A program made the position numbers and the translations under genes. DNA of 64,000 nt from an uncultured Hyphomicrobiaceae bacterium (GTDB lineage: Bacteria > Pseudomonadota > Alphaproteobacteria > Rhizobiales > Hyphomicrobiaceae), in contig CAYMEB010000001.1 in NCBI GenBank assembly GCA_964389095.1, forward strand, positions 31,594 to 95,593. Reading direction: 5' to 3'. The notes beneath the pieces were generated by a model. It saw only the letters and a list, made by a program, of their open reading frames with translations, was not told the DNA's origin and did no database searches. Shown in pieces: positions 27,193 to 36,971 of this stretch. Position 1 is the stretch's first letter. Each line of letters opens with the position of its first letter.

Positions 27193-28227
27193 ATGCAATC
27201 TGGCTGTCTCAGTCGTGAGCCGCGGCGCAGCATCGGATCGATCGGGCCGGTAGAGCCGGCCAATCCGGTCTTTCTGGCGCCCATGTCCGGCGTTTCCGAT
27301 CTTCCGTTTCGCCGGGCGGCGCACAGTCTGGGCGCGGGGCTGGTCGTTTCCGAGATGGTCGCCAGCCGCGAACTGGTGCAGTCGCGCTCCGACGTTGTGC
27401 TCAAGGCGCGCGGCGAGGGCGTGGCCCCCTATGTCATCCAGCTCGTCGGTTGTGAAGTCCCGTGGATGGCCGAGGGGGCTCGGATCGCGGCCGGGCTCGG
27501 TGCCGACATCATCGACATCAACATGGGCTGCCCCTCCCGCGAGGTGACGGGACGCTTGTCGGGGTCGGCGTTGATGCGGGATCTCGACCATGCGTTGAGC
27601 CTGGTCGCGGCCGTAGTCGGCGCCGTCGACGTTCCGGTGACGCTGAAGATGCGCCTGGGCTGGGACGATCGCTCAAGGAACGCGCCCGAACTCGCGCGGC
27701 GTGCACAAGCCGCCGGCGTCAAGCTGGTGACCGTTCATGCCCGGACCCGCCAGCAGTTCTTCAAGGGCTCGGCGGACTGGTCGCAGGTGCGCGCGGTCGT
27801 CGACGCCGTGTCGATCCCCGTCGTCGTCAACGGCGACATCCTCAGCGTCGACGACGCGAAGCAGGCTCTCGCGCGCTCGGGTGCGCAGGGTGTCATGATC
27901 GGGCGGGGTGCCTACGGCGCGCCGTGGATCGCAGGACGCATCGCGCGCGCGATCGCGGGCGAACCATTGAACGATGCGCCCGCGCTGAGCGAGCAGGCCG
28001 ATATCGCCCGCTCTCATCTTGAGGAGATGCTGGTCCACTACGGGCGCGATCTGGGCGGTCGCAATGCGCGCAAGCACATCGGCTGGTATCTCGCGCGCAG
28101 CGGTATGCCGGAGGCCGTCGTACGGGAATGGCGCCAGCGCTTGTGCACTGAGCCCGATCCCGAGGCGGCGATCGCGGGTCTCGTCGAATTCTACGATCGA
28201 GCCCAGTCGCGGGAGGTCGCGGCATGA
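27193..28227 (+). CDS. dusB: tRNA-dihydrouridine synthase B (NifR3 family)
   Basis: [15 protein letters not shown]...DINMGCPS...[10 protein letters not shown] motifs. ATGA overlap with ntrB. Confidence 0.92.
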   Translation: MQSGCLSREPRRSIGSIGPVEPANPVFLAPMSGVSDLPFRRAAHSLGAGLVVSEMVASRELVQSRSDVVLKARGEGVAPYVIQLVGCEVPWMAEGARIAAGLGADIIDINMGCPSREVTGRLSGSALMRDLDHALSLVAAVVGAVDVPVTLKMRLGWDDRSRNAPELARRAQAAGVKLVTVHARTRQQFFKGSADWSQVRAVVDAVSIPVVVNGDILSVDDAKQALARSGAQGVMIGRGAYGAPWIAGRIARAIAGEPLNDAPALSEQADIARSHLEEMLVHYGRDLGGRNARKHIGWYLARSGMPEAVVREWRQRLCTEPDPEAAIAGLVEFYDRAQSREVAA

Positions 28228-29432
28228 AGGGATCTCGGCACAAGGCGACGTCGCAGCGCCGCCCGCCCAAGGCACAGGAGCCGATTGCGCCCGCGCCGAC
28301 GCCTGCACCCCAGTCGTTGCCGCCGGTTCCGCAGCGCCGCCACATCGAGCACGACGTGCTGCTTGCGGCGCTCCCGCACCCGATCTTCGTCGTGGGTGAC
28401 GACGATCGCATGATCTACGCGAATGCCGCCGCGGAGAGCTTCCTCGCGTCGAGTCAGGCGATGCTCAAGCGGCTGACGATCGGCGAGATTTTCGCATTCG
28501 GCTCACCATTGCTGGCGCTCGTGCAGCAGGTGCGGCGAACACACGCCACGGTGAACGAGTATGGCGTCGACGTCAGCTTGCCCCGCCTCCATGCCCAGCG
28601 TCTCGTCGACGTCTTCGCCGGCATCATGCCCGAGCATCCGGGATTGGTGCTCGTGATGCTGCAGCAGCGATCGATGGCGCAGATGATCGAACGCCAGTTC
28701 ACGCACCGCGCGGCCGCGCGTTCGGTGTCGGGGCTGGCGGCGCTGCTCGCTCACGAGATCAAGAATCCCCTGTCCGGCATCAAGGGCGCGGCGCAGCTTC
28801 TGGAGCCGACGCTGGGCGATGAGGATCGTGCCCTCACGCAACTCATCTGCGTGGAGACGGAGCGGATCCGCAACCTCGTCGACCGCATGGAGGTGTTCGG
28901 CGACGAGCGGCCCTTGCAGAAGGTTCCGGTCAACATCCACGCCATTCTCGATCATGTGAAGCGCCTCGCGACCAGCGGCTTTGCCCACGGCATTCGCGTC
29001 GTCGAGGAGTATGATCCCTCCCTGCCGCAGATCCCGGCAAACCGCGACAAGCTGGTGCAGGCGTTCCTCAACCTCGTGAAGAATGCCGCTGAAGCGCTCG
29101 AGGGGACCGGCGAAGGCGCGCGCATCATCCTGCGCACGGCCTTCCGGCCGGGTGTGCGGCTCGCCGTTCCAGGCACCGGCACGCGGGTCAGCCTGCCTTT
29201 CCTCGTCGAGGTCGAGGACAATGGCCCCGGCATCCGTGACGACTTGAAGGCGCACCTGTTCGATCCCTTCGTCACGACGAAGCGTTCCGGGACAGGATTG
29301 GGTCTCGCGCTGGTGGCCAAGATCATCGGCGACCATGGCGGGATCATCGAGTGTGACAGCGTTCCCCGGCGCACGGTGTTCCGGGTTCTTCTGCCTATCG
29401 CAGACGGCGCGGCAACCGCGCGCAAGGCTTGA
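28224..29432 (+). CDS. ntrB: Nitrogen regulation sensor histidine kinase NtrB
   Basis: PAS region, then H-box [20 protein letters not shown] and the ATPase boxes. Classic dusB-ntrB-ntrC context. Confidence 0.9.
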   Translation: MKGSRHKATSQRRPPKAQEPIAPAPTPAPQSLPPVPQRRHIEHDVLLAALPHPIFVVGDDDRMIYANAAAESFLASSQAMLKRLTIGEIFAFGSPLLALVQQVRRTHATVNEYGVDVSLPRLHAQRLVDVFAGIMPEHPGLVLVMLQQRSMAQMIERQFTHRAAARSVSGLAALLAHEIKNPLSGIKGAAQLLEPTLGDEDRALTQLICVETERIRNLVDRMEVFGDERPLQKVPVNIHAILDHVKRLATSGFAHGIRVVEEYDPSLPQIPANRDKLVQAFLNLVKNAAEALEGTGEGARIILRTAFRPGVRLAVPGTGTRVSLPFLVEVEDNGPGIRDDLKAHLFDPFVTTKRSGTGLGLALVAKIIGDHGGIIECDSVPRRTVFRVLLPIADGAATARKA

Positions 29433-29446
29433 CTTGGGAGGCCGCT

Positions 29447-30895
29447 ATGGCCCGTGGCACCGTCCTCATCGCCGACGACGACAGCGCGATCCGCACCGTG
29501 CTCAACCAGGCACTGGTTCGGGCTGGCTATCTGCCGCGCGCGACCGGCAACGCGGCGACCCTGTGGCGCTGGGTCAGCCAGGGCGAAGGCGACGTGGTGA
29601 TCACCGACGTGGTGATGCCCGACGAGAACGCCTTCGATCTCATTCCGCGCATCAAGCGCGCGCGGCCGGATCTGCCCATTATCGTCATGAGCGCTCAGAA
29701 CACGCTGATGACCGCGCTCACGGCGGCGGAAAAGGGCGCATTCGAATACCTGCCCAAGCCGTTCGATCTGTCCGAGCTGGTAGGCGTGGTCGGCCGGGCG
29801 CTGGCCGATACCGGTCGCAAAGCGCGGGCGAGCGCGATGGAGCCTGCGGGGGAAGAGCTGCCGCTGATCGGCCGGTCGATGGCGATGCAGGAGATCTATC
29901 GTGCGCTTGCGCGGCTCACGCAGACCGATCTCACGGTCATGATCACAGGTGAAAGCGGCACTGGAAAAGAGCTCGTCGCACGCGTGCTGCACAATTTCGG
30001 AAAACGAAAGAACGGCGCGTTCGTCGCCCTCAACATGGCCGCGATCCCACGCGAGCTGATCGAAAGCGAGCTTTTCGGTCACGAGAAGGGCTCTTTCACC
30101 GGCGCCCAGGCGCGAACGGAGGGCCGCTTCGCGCAGGCGGAGGGTGGCACACTGTTTCTCGATGAAATCGGCGACATGCCGATGGAGGCCCAGACGCGCT
30201 TGCTGCGTGTCCTGCAGGAGGGCGAGTACACGACGGTCGGCGGCCGTACGCCGATCAAGACGAATGTGCGCATCATCGCGGCCACCCACCGGGACCTTCG
30301 CGCGCAGATTCAGCAGGGGCTTTTCCGCGAGGATCTCTTTTATCGCCTCAACGTCGTTCCCGTGCGCTTGCCGCCGCTGCGCGAGCGCGCGGACGACATC
30401 GGTGATCTCGTGCGCCATTTCCTGCGCCAGAGCATGCGCGCCGGGCTCGGACAGAAGACGATCGAGACGGCCGCCGTCGACGTGCTCAAGAAGCACGATT
30501 GGCCGGGAAATGTCCGCGAGCTGGAAAACCTCGTGCGCCGGCTGGTCGCGCTGCAGCCGGAGGACCTCATTACGGCCCAGATGGTGGAAACTCAGCTTGC
30601 CGCGTCGCGGCCGCCGGCCCCGGTCGTGCAGGGCAGCACCGAGGCGCGATCACTTTCCGAGGCCGTGGAGATGCACCTGACGCGCTATTTCGCAAGTTTC
30701 AACGGTGGTCTGCCCCCGGCCGGCCTCTATGACCGTATTCTGGCCGACGTCGAGCGCCCGCTTCTCGTCGCGGCACTGACCGCGACCCGGGGCAATCAGA
30801 TCAAGGCCGCGGATCTGCTCGGCCTCAATCGAAATACTTTGCGCAAGAAAGTGCGCGATCTCGACATTCAGGTCTTCCGCGGCGCCATGGGGTGA
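29447..30895 (+). CDS. ntrC: Nitrogen regulation protein NtrC (sigma-54-dependent response regulator)
   Basis: Receiver (VLIADDD...[10 protein letters not shown]), AAA+ ([23 protein letters not shown]), C-terminal Fis-type HTH. GGGAGG SD before ATG 29447. Confidence 0.93.
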   Translation: MARGTVLIADDDSAIRTVLNQALVRAGYLPRATGNAATLWRWVSQGEGDVVITDVVMPDENAFDLIPRIKRARPDLPIIVMSAQNTLMTALTAAEKGAFEYLPKPFDLSELVGVVGRALADTGRKARASAMEPAGEELPLIGRSMAMQEIYRALARLTQTDLTVMITGESGTGKELVARVLHNFGKRKNGAFVALNMAAIPRELIESELFGHEKGSFTGAQARTEGRFAQAEGGTLFLDEIGDMPMEAQTRLLRVLQEGEYTTVGGRTPIKTNVRIIAATHRDLRAQIQQGLFREDLFYRLNVVPVRLPPLRERADDIGDLVRHFLRQSMRAGLGQKTIETAAVDVLKKHDWPGNVRELENLVRRLVALQPEDLITAQMVETQLAASRPPAPVVQGSTEARSLSEAVEMHLTRYFASFNGGLPPAGLYDRILADVERPLLVAALTATRGNQIKAADLLGLNRNTLRKKVRDLDIQVFRGAMG

Positions 30896-30933
30896 GCACG
30901 GCATTCTCTCGCGTGTCTTTCGGCCCCAGCAAT

Positions 30934-30960
30934 AAAAAAGCCCGCGATTGCGGGCTTTTT
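30934..30960. terminator. Bidirectional rho-independent terminator between ntrC and the H-NS-like gene
   Basis: AAAAAA-GCCCGC-GATT-GCGGGC-TTTTT. Perfect 6-bp GC stem (30940-30945 / 30950-30955) flanked by an A-run and a T-run, so it can serve both convergent genes. Confidence 0.75.
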
Positions 30961-30988
30961 CGTATCGGCGCTGTCTGCGTCACGATGC

Positions 30989-31309
30989 TCAGACGGTGAA
31001 ATCCTGGAGCTTTCCGCCCTTGGCCAGCTTGGCGACGAGCCAGCGCGGCTGGCGTCCGCGACCGGTCCAGGTCTCGGATTTGTTGTCCGGATTGATGTAC
31101 TTGATGGCGACCTTGCCACCGCGCCCTTTGCCGCGCGCATTGGGGAAAATATCGCCGATCGTGAAGCCTTCGGACTCCAGCATGCCCTCGATCTTCTCGC
31201 GCAGCTCGGTCTTGCGATCCTCTTTCTTGCGAGCCATCGCGCTACGGAGCTTCGTCTCCATCTCGTTTAGCTCTTTCCAAGAAAGGCTGTCGTACTTGAT
31301 CGCGGCCAT
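30989..31309 (-). CDS. H-NS family nucleoid-associated protein (HvrA/SPB-like)
   Basis: 106 aa. Coiled-coil N-terminus. C-terminal H-NS DNA-binding signature KYINPDNKSETWTGRGRQPRWL. Codon usage is native (high GC3). Confidence 0.85.
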   Translation of the reverse strand: MAAIKYDSLSWKELNEMETKLRSAMARKKEDRKTELREKIEGMLESEGFTIGDIFPNARGKGRGGKVAIKYINPDNKSETWTGRGRQPRWLVAKLAKGGKLQDFTV

Positions 31310-31426
31310 CAGGTCGTCTCCTGGATTTTTTGAAGGGGCGGCACATGCTGCGCCGAAACTATTCGAAGCTTCGTCTAGCTCCCCTCGGGAAACTACACAA
31401 CTCTATATTACCAGATCCCTAACACA

Positions 31427-31771
31427 TTAGAATTGCAATGTCTTTACAGGGTAGTTGCGCGGGAGAACAAGAATTCGCCACCAGACGTTGTACTTTATGG
31501 CAATGCCCAGCGCCTGGTGATTATCGTATGGGCACGGCGCGAGTGTGTCGGTAAATGCGCCGTCGGCTAAATATCCGGAATATCGGGCGCCGGATGTCCC
31601 ACGAGTCATTGATTTGAACGCCGTCCCCCTCGACGGATTATGAAGCCGGAAATCGACGCGCCCGGTGAGGGGTGCACGAATGTCCAAATGCGATCCTGCA
31701 ACGATAAGTGCGCCCTTATCCGACCTGGCGGGCTCGGTGAGTTGATTGCGACGAGCTAGGCTGCGGAGCAT
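31427..31771 (-). CDS. Hypothetical ORF in AT-rich tract (coding status doubtful)
   Basis: The only ORF of 60 aa or more in 31310-31990. No recognisable motif. Third-position G+C is clearly lower than in neighbouring genes on my codon read-through. Confidence 0.25.
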   Translation of the reverse strand: MLRSLARRNQLTEPARSDKGALIVAGSHLDIRAPLTGRVDFRLHNPSRGTAFKSMTRGTSGARYSGYLADGAFTDTLAPCPYDNHQALGIAIKYNVWWRILVLPRNYPVKTLQF

Positions 31772-32007
31772 GTCTCGTATTCAATCCCGCCTGTCTGGCC
31801 TGAACGGCCACGAGGCCGTGGTGACGCCCCAAGCGTCTGCATGGGCGTGAACGTCGCGCCGTAGGTATGGTCCCGCGCGTCGCGTGGGTTCCTGGCTTCC
31901 GCGCCCGGATTGTGATCTAATGTTCGTATTCGTCGCGGTGGACGCGTTTCACGTCCCGCGAGAAATCTGCAGACAGTATGGCCTGTTGGCGACCAAGGAG
32001 ATCCAGA

Positions 32008-32478
32008 ATGGCCATGAAGACACCGTTCGACGGCGCCTTTCCTCCTGGTCTGAGCGAGGACGCGAAACAGGCTGCCCTTTCGGCACTCGAGGCAATGGCG
32101 GATTGGCGCTCGGAGATGACGGCGACCACCGAGCGGCAGAATGCCCGGGTAGCCGAGAAAATGGCTGCTGCGGCGAAGGCGCTGGGCTGGCCGGCCGAGA
32201 TCGTCGATGCAACTCGGTCGCACATGCAGGCGGCGTCGAAGATGCAGGTTGAAATGATGGATCAGATGATGGCGGTGTGGAAGGAGCAACTCCGCCACCC
32301 CGACCCGGCTGCGGCGGTCAAGTCGATGATGTCGCGGATGTCCGCTGGAGGCCTGCCGGGCATGATGCCGGGCGCCGACGGCATGGCCAACCCGATGCAG
32401 TTCTGGATGCAGGTCGGCGAGCAGTGGCAGAAGAATTGGCTCTCTGTCCTGCAGTCGATGAGCGGCGCCAAGAAGTAG
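32008..32478 (+). CDS. Methionine-rich hypothetical protein (no signal peptide)
   Basis: AAGGAG SD 7 nt before ATG 32008. 156 aa, helical, 20 Met by my count. I do not recognise a family. Confidence 0.6.
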   Translation: MAMKTPFDGAFPPGLSEDAKQAALSALEAMADWRSEMTATTERQNARVAEKMAAAAKALGWPAEIVDATRSHMQAASKMQVEMMDQMMAVWKEQLRHPDPAAAVKSMMSRMSAGGLPGMMPGADGMANPMQFWMQVGEQWQKNWLSVLQSMSGAKK

Positions 32479-32584
32479 GTTCAGGTCCGATCTAACTTCC
32501 GCCGTTTCGCACCCGGCCCGGCGTCCTGAGGCGGCGAGCCGGACGCCTCTTTCGCCCCCATGCGGCCGGGCCGGTGACTTGCGG

Positions 32585-33487
32585 CTACGCCTTGTCCGGC
32601 GAAGGCACGATCACGGCGACGCGCCCGCCCCCGCGTCTGATGCTCAACGGAGTGGTGCCGAAGTCGTCGCCGTCGATCTGCGCCGGCACCGGCGCATCCG
32701 CGTCTACGTCGACGCGCTCGCAATCGATGAACCCGACATCGTCGGCGCCCGAGGCGGCCTTGGATGCATGGCGCCCCGTGGCGATCGCGATCAGTTGCCC
32801 GATCAGGTGGGTCCGGGAGCGGCTCCGGAAGACGATGGCCTGCAGCCCGCTCTGGCGCAGGTGCATTCCGGGCGTGATGACGAATCCGCCTCCGAAATGC
32901 CTGGCGTTGGTCACCACGACCCAGGTCGCCGTGGTGCTCTGCGCGTCTATGGTGACACGCAGAAGATCGAGCGGTCGGGCCAGCGTCCGCAACGTCGGCA
33001 TCACATAGGCTGTCTTCCCGAGCCAGTTCTTGATGCCGTGGTCGAGGCCCGCGACGATCCGGCCATCGAAGCCGGCTCCCGCCATCAGCAGAAACGGCTC
33101 GCCGTTGGCCGTCGCCATGTCGACGTGCTCGACGGGGCCGTTGAGCAGCATCTCGGCGATGAGTTTTGCCCGCCTGCGGGGCAGCGCCAGCTCATGAGAG
33201 AGGACATTGCCTGTCCCGAGCGGGATGACGCCGAGAGCCTGTCCGCTGTCGCGTACTGCGGCTGCCACTTGGCGGATGGTGCCGTCGCCTCCGGCCGCGA
33301 CCAGCGCATCGAATTGGCCTGAGCGGGCGGCGGCGACGCAGTCGGCGCGGGCTGCCTCGCTCGATGTGGCTGTGCAGTGCACGACCTCAGCCTTCGCGGC
33401 CTCCAGTTCGCGTACGACGCGCTCGAGAGCTGCGGCGCGCGAGCGACCCGCGACGGGATTGTAGACGAGGTAGAAGCGGCGACGCAT
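32585..33487 (-). CDS. Diacylglycerol kinase-family lipid kinase (YegS/BmrU-like)
   Basis: MRRRFYLVYNPVAG...VAAGGDGTIRQV...IPLGTGNV motifs. Start at M99 of ORF 32585..33781. Confidence 0.85.
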   Translation of the reverse strand: MRRRFYLVYNPVAGRSRAAALERVVRELEAAKAEVVHCTATSSEAARADCVAAARSGQFDALVAAGGDGTIRQVAAAVRDSGQALGVIPLGTGNVLSHELALPRRRAKLIAEMLLNGPVEHVDMATANGEPFLLMAGAGFDGRIVAGLDHGIKNWLGKTAYVMPTLRTLARPLDLLRVTIDAQSTTATWVVVTNARHFGGGFVITPGMHLRQSGLQAIVFRSRSRTHLIGQLIAIATGRHASKAASGADDVGFIDCERVDVDADAPVPAQIDGDDFGTTPLSIRRGGGRVAVIVPSPDKA

Positions 33488-33615
33488 TGCTGATCCGAAC
33501 TGTCTGCGGCGAGCGCCTGGGGATCGCGAGCCGTTTGTCACAAAGACTGGTGAGTAGCGAGGGCGATGTCGCTGCGTCAAGCACGGCCCGCACGAGCCGG
33601 ACGCTCGCGCGCAGT

Positions 33616-34110
33616 TCAGCGCACGAGCGCCATCATATGGTCGTCGTGGTACGTGTCGCCGATCCTCACCACGCGCCGGCGCGTGCCTTCCACGACGAAA
33701 CCGTGCTTGAGGTAAAGTGCCTGAGCGCGGACGTTGTCGGTGAACACCAGCAATTGAACGCGGCCGAGCCCGCGGGTCCATGCGGCGGATACGGCGCTCG
33801 CCAGCAGGCGGCTGCCCAATCCCCGGCCGCGATGGCTCTCGGCGATGCCCATGCCCAGGGTGCCGACGTGGGCGACGGTCGGCCGGTCGGCCGTGGTGAC
33901 GATGTCACACCAGCCGACCACCTCTTGCTTCTCGACAGCGAGCAACATGACGTCTCGGCGGTCGCGAATGCCGGATACGAAGGCTCGCGTCTGCTCGATC
34001 GGGGGCGCTTCAACCATGGCGAGATAGCGCCGTTCGGCGGCGACGGCATCGAGGAGGCGATGATAGCCCTCGATGTCGTCATTGCCGACAGGCCGTATCT
34101 GCACGGTCAC
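33616..34110 (-). CDS. GNAT-family N-acetyltransferase
   Basis: Acetyl-CoA motif A: GIAESHRGRGLGSRLL...LLVFTDNVRAQALYLKHGF. Confidence 0.85.
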   Translation of the reverse strand: MTVQIRPVGNDDIEGYHRLLDAVAAERRYLAMVEAPPIEQTRAFVSGIRDRRDVMLLAVEKQEVVGWCDIVTTADRPTVAHVGTLGMGIAESHRGRGLGSRLLASAVSAAWTRGLGRVQLLVFTDNVRAQALYLKHGFVVEGTRRRVVRIGDTYHDDHMMALVR

Positions 34111-34199
34111 GAGCGCGCCCCGCGTCTCGGGCGGCCGAACCGCCCGGTCGTTTCAGCCGTTACGCCGGACTTGGGGAACGCGGCGCAATGAGGCAGCGG

Positions 34200-35078
34200 T
34201 TACTGCTTCTTCGGCGCCGCCGCCTTTTCGGCTTCGACCGACTTCTTGATCTCGTCGTCGATGTACTCGATCTTTGCCTTGCCGCGCAGCTCTGTACCCA
34301 TCGCCTGCGCCTTTTGGTGGATCAGGGAGGTGAGAATGCGGTCCTTGACGGTCTCGAACGCAGGCGCGCCGCGTTCGCGCTTGTCGTCGAGGCGGATCAG
34401 GTGCCAGCCGAACTGGCTCTGAACCGGCGCGGAGACTTCACCCTTTGCAAGCTTGAAGGCCGCTTCCTCGAACTGGGGCACCATCTGGCCACGCCCGAAG
34501 AATCCCAGATCGCCGCCGTTGTCCTTGGAACCAGGGTCCTTGGAGTTCTCTTTCGCCAGCGCTGCGAAATCTCCGCCGGCCTTGAGCTTGGCCGCGATCT
34601 CGTCGGCCTTCTCCTTGCTCTCGACCAGGATATGGCGCGCGCTGACCTCCGGTTCCGGCTTAATCTGCTTGACCTGTTCGTCGTAGAAGGCCTTGGCGTC
34701 GGCGTCCTTCACGGCGCCGCGGATGCTGGTCTCGAAGTAGAGATCGCGCAGAGCGCGCGTGCGCCAATAGGCCATGCGCGCCTCGAATGCCGGCCCCGCG
34801 GCCAGTTTCGCACCCTCGGCCGCCTCGGCGAAGATCTGGTTCTCGATCACGTACTCGAGCAGCACGCGCTTGCGAGCCTGCTCGGGGATCTGCGCCAGCT
34901 CGGCACCGATTTCGGCGTCGGCGAGCTTGAGGTCGGCGTCGGTGATGGTGCGGCCATTGACCTTGGCGACGGCGTTGGACTGCGCTGCGGCGAGCCCAGG
35001 ACCGACGCACGCGAGCAGGCCGGCGAGGGCTGCGGCAGGCAGCGACCGACGCAGAGTGGGTCTTCTGGAAAGTGTCAC
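34200..35078 (-). CDS. Periplasmic parvulin-type peptidyl-prolyl cis-trans isomerase
   Basis: Signal peptide. PpiC domain: SARHILVESKEKA...GGDLGFFGRGQMVPQFEEAAF...SQFGWHLI. Confidence 0.88.
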   Translation of the reverse strand: MTLSRRPTLRRSLPAAALAGLLACVGPGLAAAQSNAVAKVNGRTITDADLKLADAEIGAELAQIPEQARKRVLLEYVIENQIFAEAAEGAKLAAGPAFEARMAYWRTRALRDLYFETSIRGAVKDADAKAFYDEQVKQIKPEPEVSARHILVESKEKADEIAAKLKAGGDFAALAKENSKDPGSKDNGGDLGFFGRGQMVPQFEEAAFKLAKGEVSAPVQSQFGWHLIRLDDKRERGAPAFETVKDRILTSLIHQKAQAMGTELRGKAKIEYIDDEIKKSVEAEKAAAPKKQ

Positions 35079-35279
35079 AGGGCGTTTCTCGAATGATGAT
35101 CAATCTTGATGCAGACGCGATCCGCGGGCCTCATTAGCGGCCGGTCCGAGTGTTGCCAAGTTAACTTTCCTTGAGGCTATCCTGTGGCGGGTCGTGCTAG
35201 ATTCGTTCTCCTGGCCGTGCCGTTCGCCTCCTCTGACAGGGGCCGCGCGACCGCGAGCCTGGCAGGAACCGGAGCAGTC

Positions 35280-35825
35280 ATGACACAGGACGCCTCCCAA
35301 GAACGTGTCGAGGTCATCTTCTCGGCCGATCAGATCGCCGAGAGGGTTCAGTCCCTGGCCAAGGACATTGCCGCCACCGCGTCCGGCAGTCTCCTGGTGA
35401 TCCCGATCCTGAAAGGAAGTTTCGTCTTCGCGGCCGACCTGATCCGCGCGCTCCATACCGCCGGGCTGGCGCCCGAGGTGGATTTCATGACCTTGTCGAG
35501 CTACCGGAAGGATACGGCGTCCTCCGGGAAGGTCACGATCACTCGGGACATCGAGACTGACGTTCGCGGCCGTGACGTTCTGATCGTCGACGATATCCTG
35601 GAATCCGGCCGCACGCTGGCGTTCGCCAAGGACTTGATCTCGGCGCGCGGGTCCCTGCGGGTGCGCACCTGCGTTCTGCTCGACAAGAGGTCGACGCGCG
35701 CAGTCTCGGTCGAAGCCGACTTCAAGGCTTTCGACTGCCCGAAGGTCTTTGCCGTGGGTTATGGTATGGACGTAGCGCACCGTTTCCGGGAGCTGCCGTT
35801 CGTGGGGCATCTGGTCCGGAAGTGA
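35280..35825 (+). CDS. hpt: Hypoxanthine phosphoribosyltransferase
   Basis: PRPP-binding motif VLIVDDILESGRTL and KGSFVFAADL. GGAG SD. Start at M33 of ORF 35184..35825. Confidence 0.9.
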   Translation: MTQDASQERVEVIFSADQIAERVQSLAKDIAATASGSLLVIPILKGSFVFAADLIRALHTAGLAPEVDFMTLSSYRKDTASSGKVTITRDIETDVRGRDVLIVDDILESGRTLAFAKDLISARGSLRVRTCVLLDKRSTRAVSVEADFKAFDCPKVFAVGYGMDVAHRFRELPFVGHLVRK

Positions 35826-35921
35826 CGGAGCTGGCCGGCATGTGCGGGCGAGAGTGGCAGGTCCAGTGGCGGCAAGACGGGCGCATCTGGCGCTGAGATC
35901 ACGGGTGCAAGGAGGGTAGCG

Positions 35922-36278
35922 ATGGCGCGAATTCTTCTCGCCGACGACGAGCAGGCGACACGGGAACTCGTTACGCGGGCCCTCCTGAGCGACGGTCACG
36001 ACGTGGTGGCCGTCGCGGACGGAACCGACGCACTGGAGCGTCTGCGTGCGGAGCCGTCGGGCTTCGCGCTCCTGATCTCGGACATACAGATGCCCGGCAT
36101 GAACGGGCTGGATCTCGCCGAGGCGGTCGCCTCCATATCACCGTCGGTGGGTATCGTTCTGATGTCGGGCTTCGCGACCTCGGCAGGCGCCTCGGCCTCC
36201 GCCCGCATCCGGCGCATGGTGACGAAGCCGTTTTCGCTCGAGGAGATTCGCAAGGTCGTGCGCGAGGCCCTGGCCTGA
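35922..36278 (+). CDS. cpdR: Single-domain response regulator, CpdR-like
   Basis: MARILLADDE...LLISDIQMPGMNGLDLA...MSGFA...KPFSLEEI resembles Caulobacter CpdR as I remember it. The symbol is tentative. Confidence 0.7.
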   Translation: MARILLADDEQATRELVTRALLSDGHDVVAVADGTDALERLRAEPSGFALLISDIQMPGMNGLDLAEAVASISPSVGIVLMSGFATSAGASASARIRRMVTKPFSLEEIRKVVREALA

Positions 36279-36322
36279 GCCGAACCGACTTGCCTGCGTG
36301 GCCCCCCTTTGCGGCGCGATGC

Positions 36323-36961
36323 TCAACCGGCCTGTTTGGCCTTGAGCTTGAGCAGGGCCTCCACGCGATTGCGGACGTGCAGCTTCTGCATGATGTTGCT
36401 CATGTAGTGCTTGACGGTCTTCTCGCTGATCTGGAAGGCGGCGGCGATCTCCTTGTTGGTGAGACCGCGGGAAACCTTTTCGAGGATCTGATACTCGCGC
36501 GTCGTCAGCTCTGAGAGCGCGTCATCGGGTTCTCCCGGCGCGCGCCGGGGAGGGTCCTGCTTGAGGCGCGTCAGCAGGCGGGCGGCGAGGCCCGGAGTGA
36601 CGTACTGCTCGCCGCGCTGGATGGCATTGACGGTGTTGATCAGTTCCGGGCCGCTGACGCCCTTCAGCACATAGCCGCGCGCCCCGTTTTCGAGCGCGGC
36701 GGAGAAATGCTCGTCGCTCTCCGATACGGTCAGGATGATCACTTTGACGGCGGGAAACGCTTTCGAGAGCGCCTTTGCTGCCTCGATGCCTCCGCCCGGC
36801 ATGGAGACGTCGAGCAGCATCACGTCGGGAAGGTGGTCCGCCGCGATCGTGAGTGCCTCGGCGGCGCTGGCGCCCTGTGCGACCACTTCGATCATCGCGG
36901 CGGCGGCGAGCGTGTTTGCCACGCCGTCGCGGAAGAGCGGGTGGTCGTCGACGACCGCCAC
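36323..36961 (-). CDS. NarL/FixJ (LuxR)-family response regulator
   Basis: VAVVDDHPLFRDG...LLDVSMPGGG receiver plus LuxR HTH (LTTREYQILEKVSRGLTNKEIAAAFQISEKTVKHYMSNIMQKL). There is no in-frame ATG, so I take GTG 36961, 10 nt after the kinase stop. Confidence 0.82.
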   Translation of the reverse strand: MAVVDDHPLFRDGVANTLAAAAMIEVVAQGASAAEALTIAADHLPDVMLLDVSMPGGGIEAAKALSKAFPAVKVIILTVSESDEHFSAALENGARGYVLKGVSGPELINTVNAIQRGEQYVTPGLAARLLTRLKQDPPRRAPGEPDDALSELTTREYQILEKVSRGLTNKEIAAAFQISEKTVKHYMSNIMQKLHVRNRVEALLKLKAKQAG

Positions 36962-36971
36962 ACGGATGCGC

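Noticed and set aside
31340-31353. Sigma-54-like GG-N10-GC (GGCACATGCTGCGC) in the H-NS upstream region, of interest because ntrC is adjacent.
   Set aside because: The -12 region reads GCGC rather than TTGC. It points away from the H-NS gene, and the nearest downstream plus-strand gene is about 650 nt away.
31756-32298. 180-aa minus-strand ORF overlapping the Met-rich gene, plus other small ORFs at 31884-32252 and 31917-32225.
   Set aside because: They are Arg/His/Pro-rich with no SD or motifs. The plus-strand gene has a strong AAGGAG SD and coherent helical composition.
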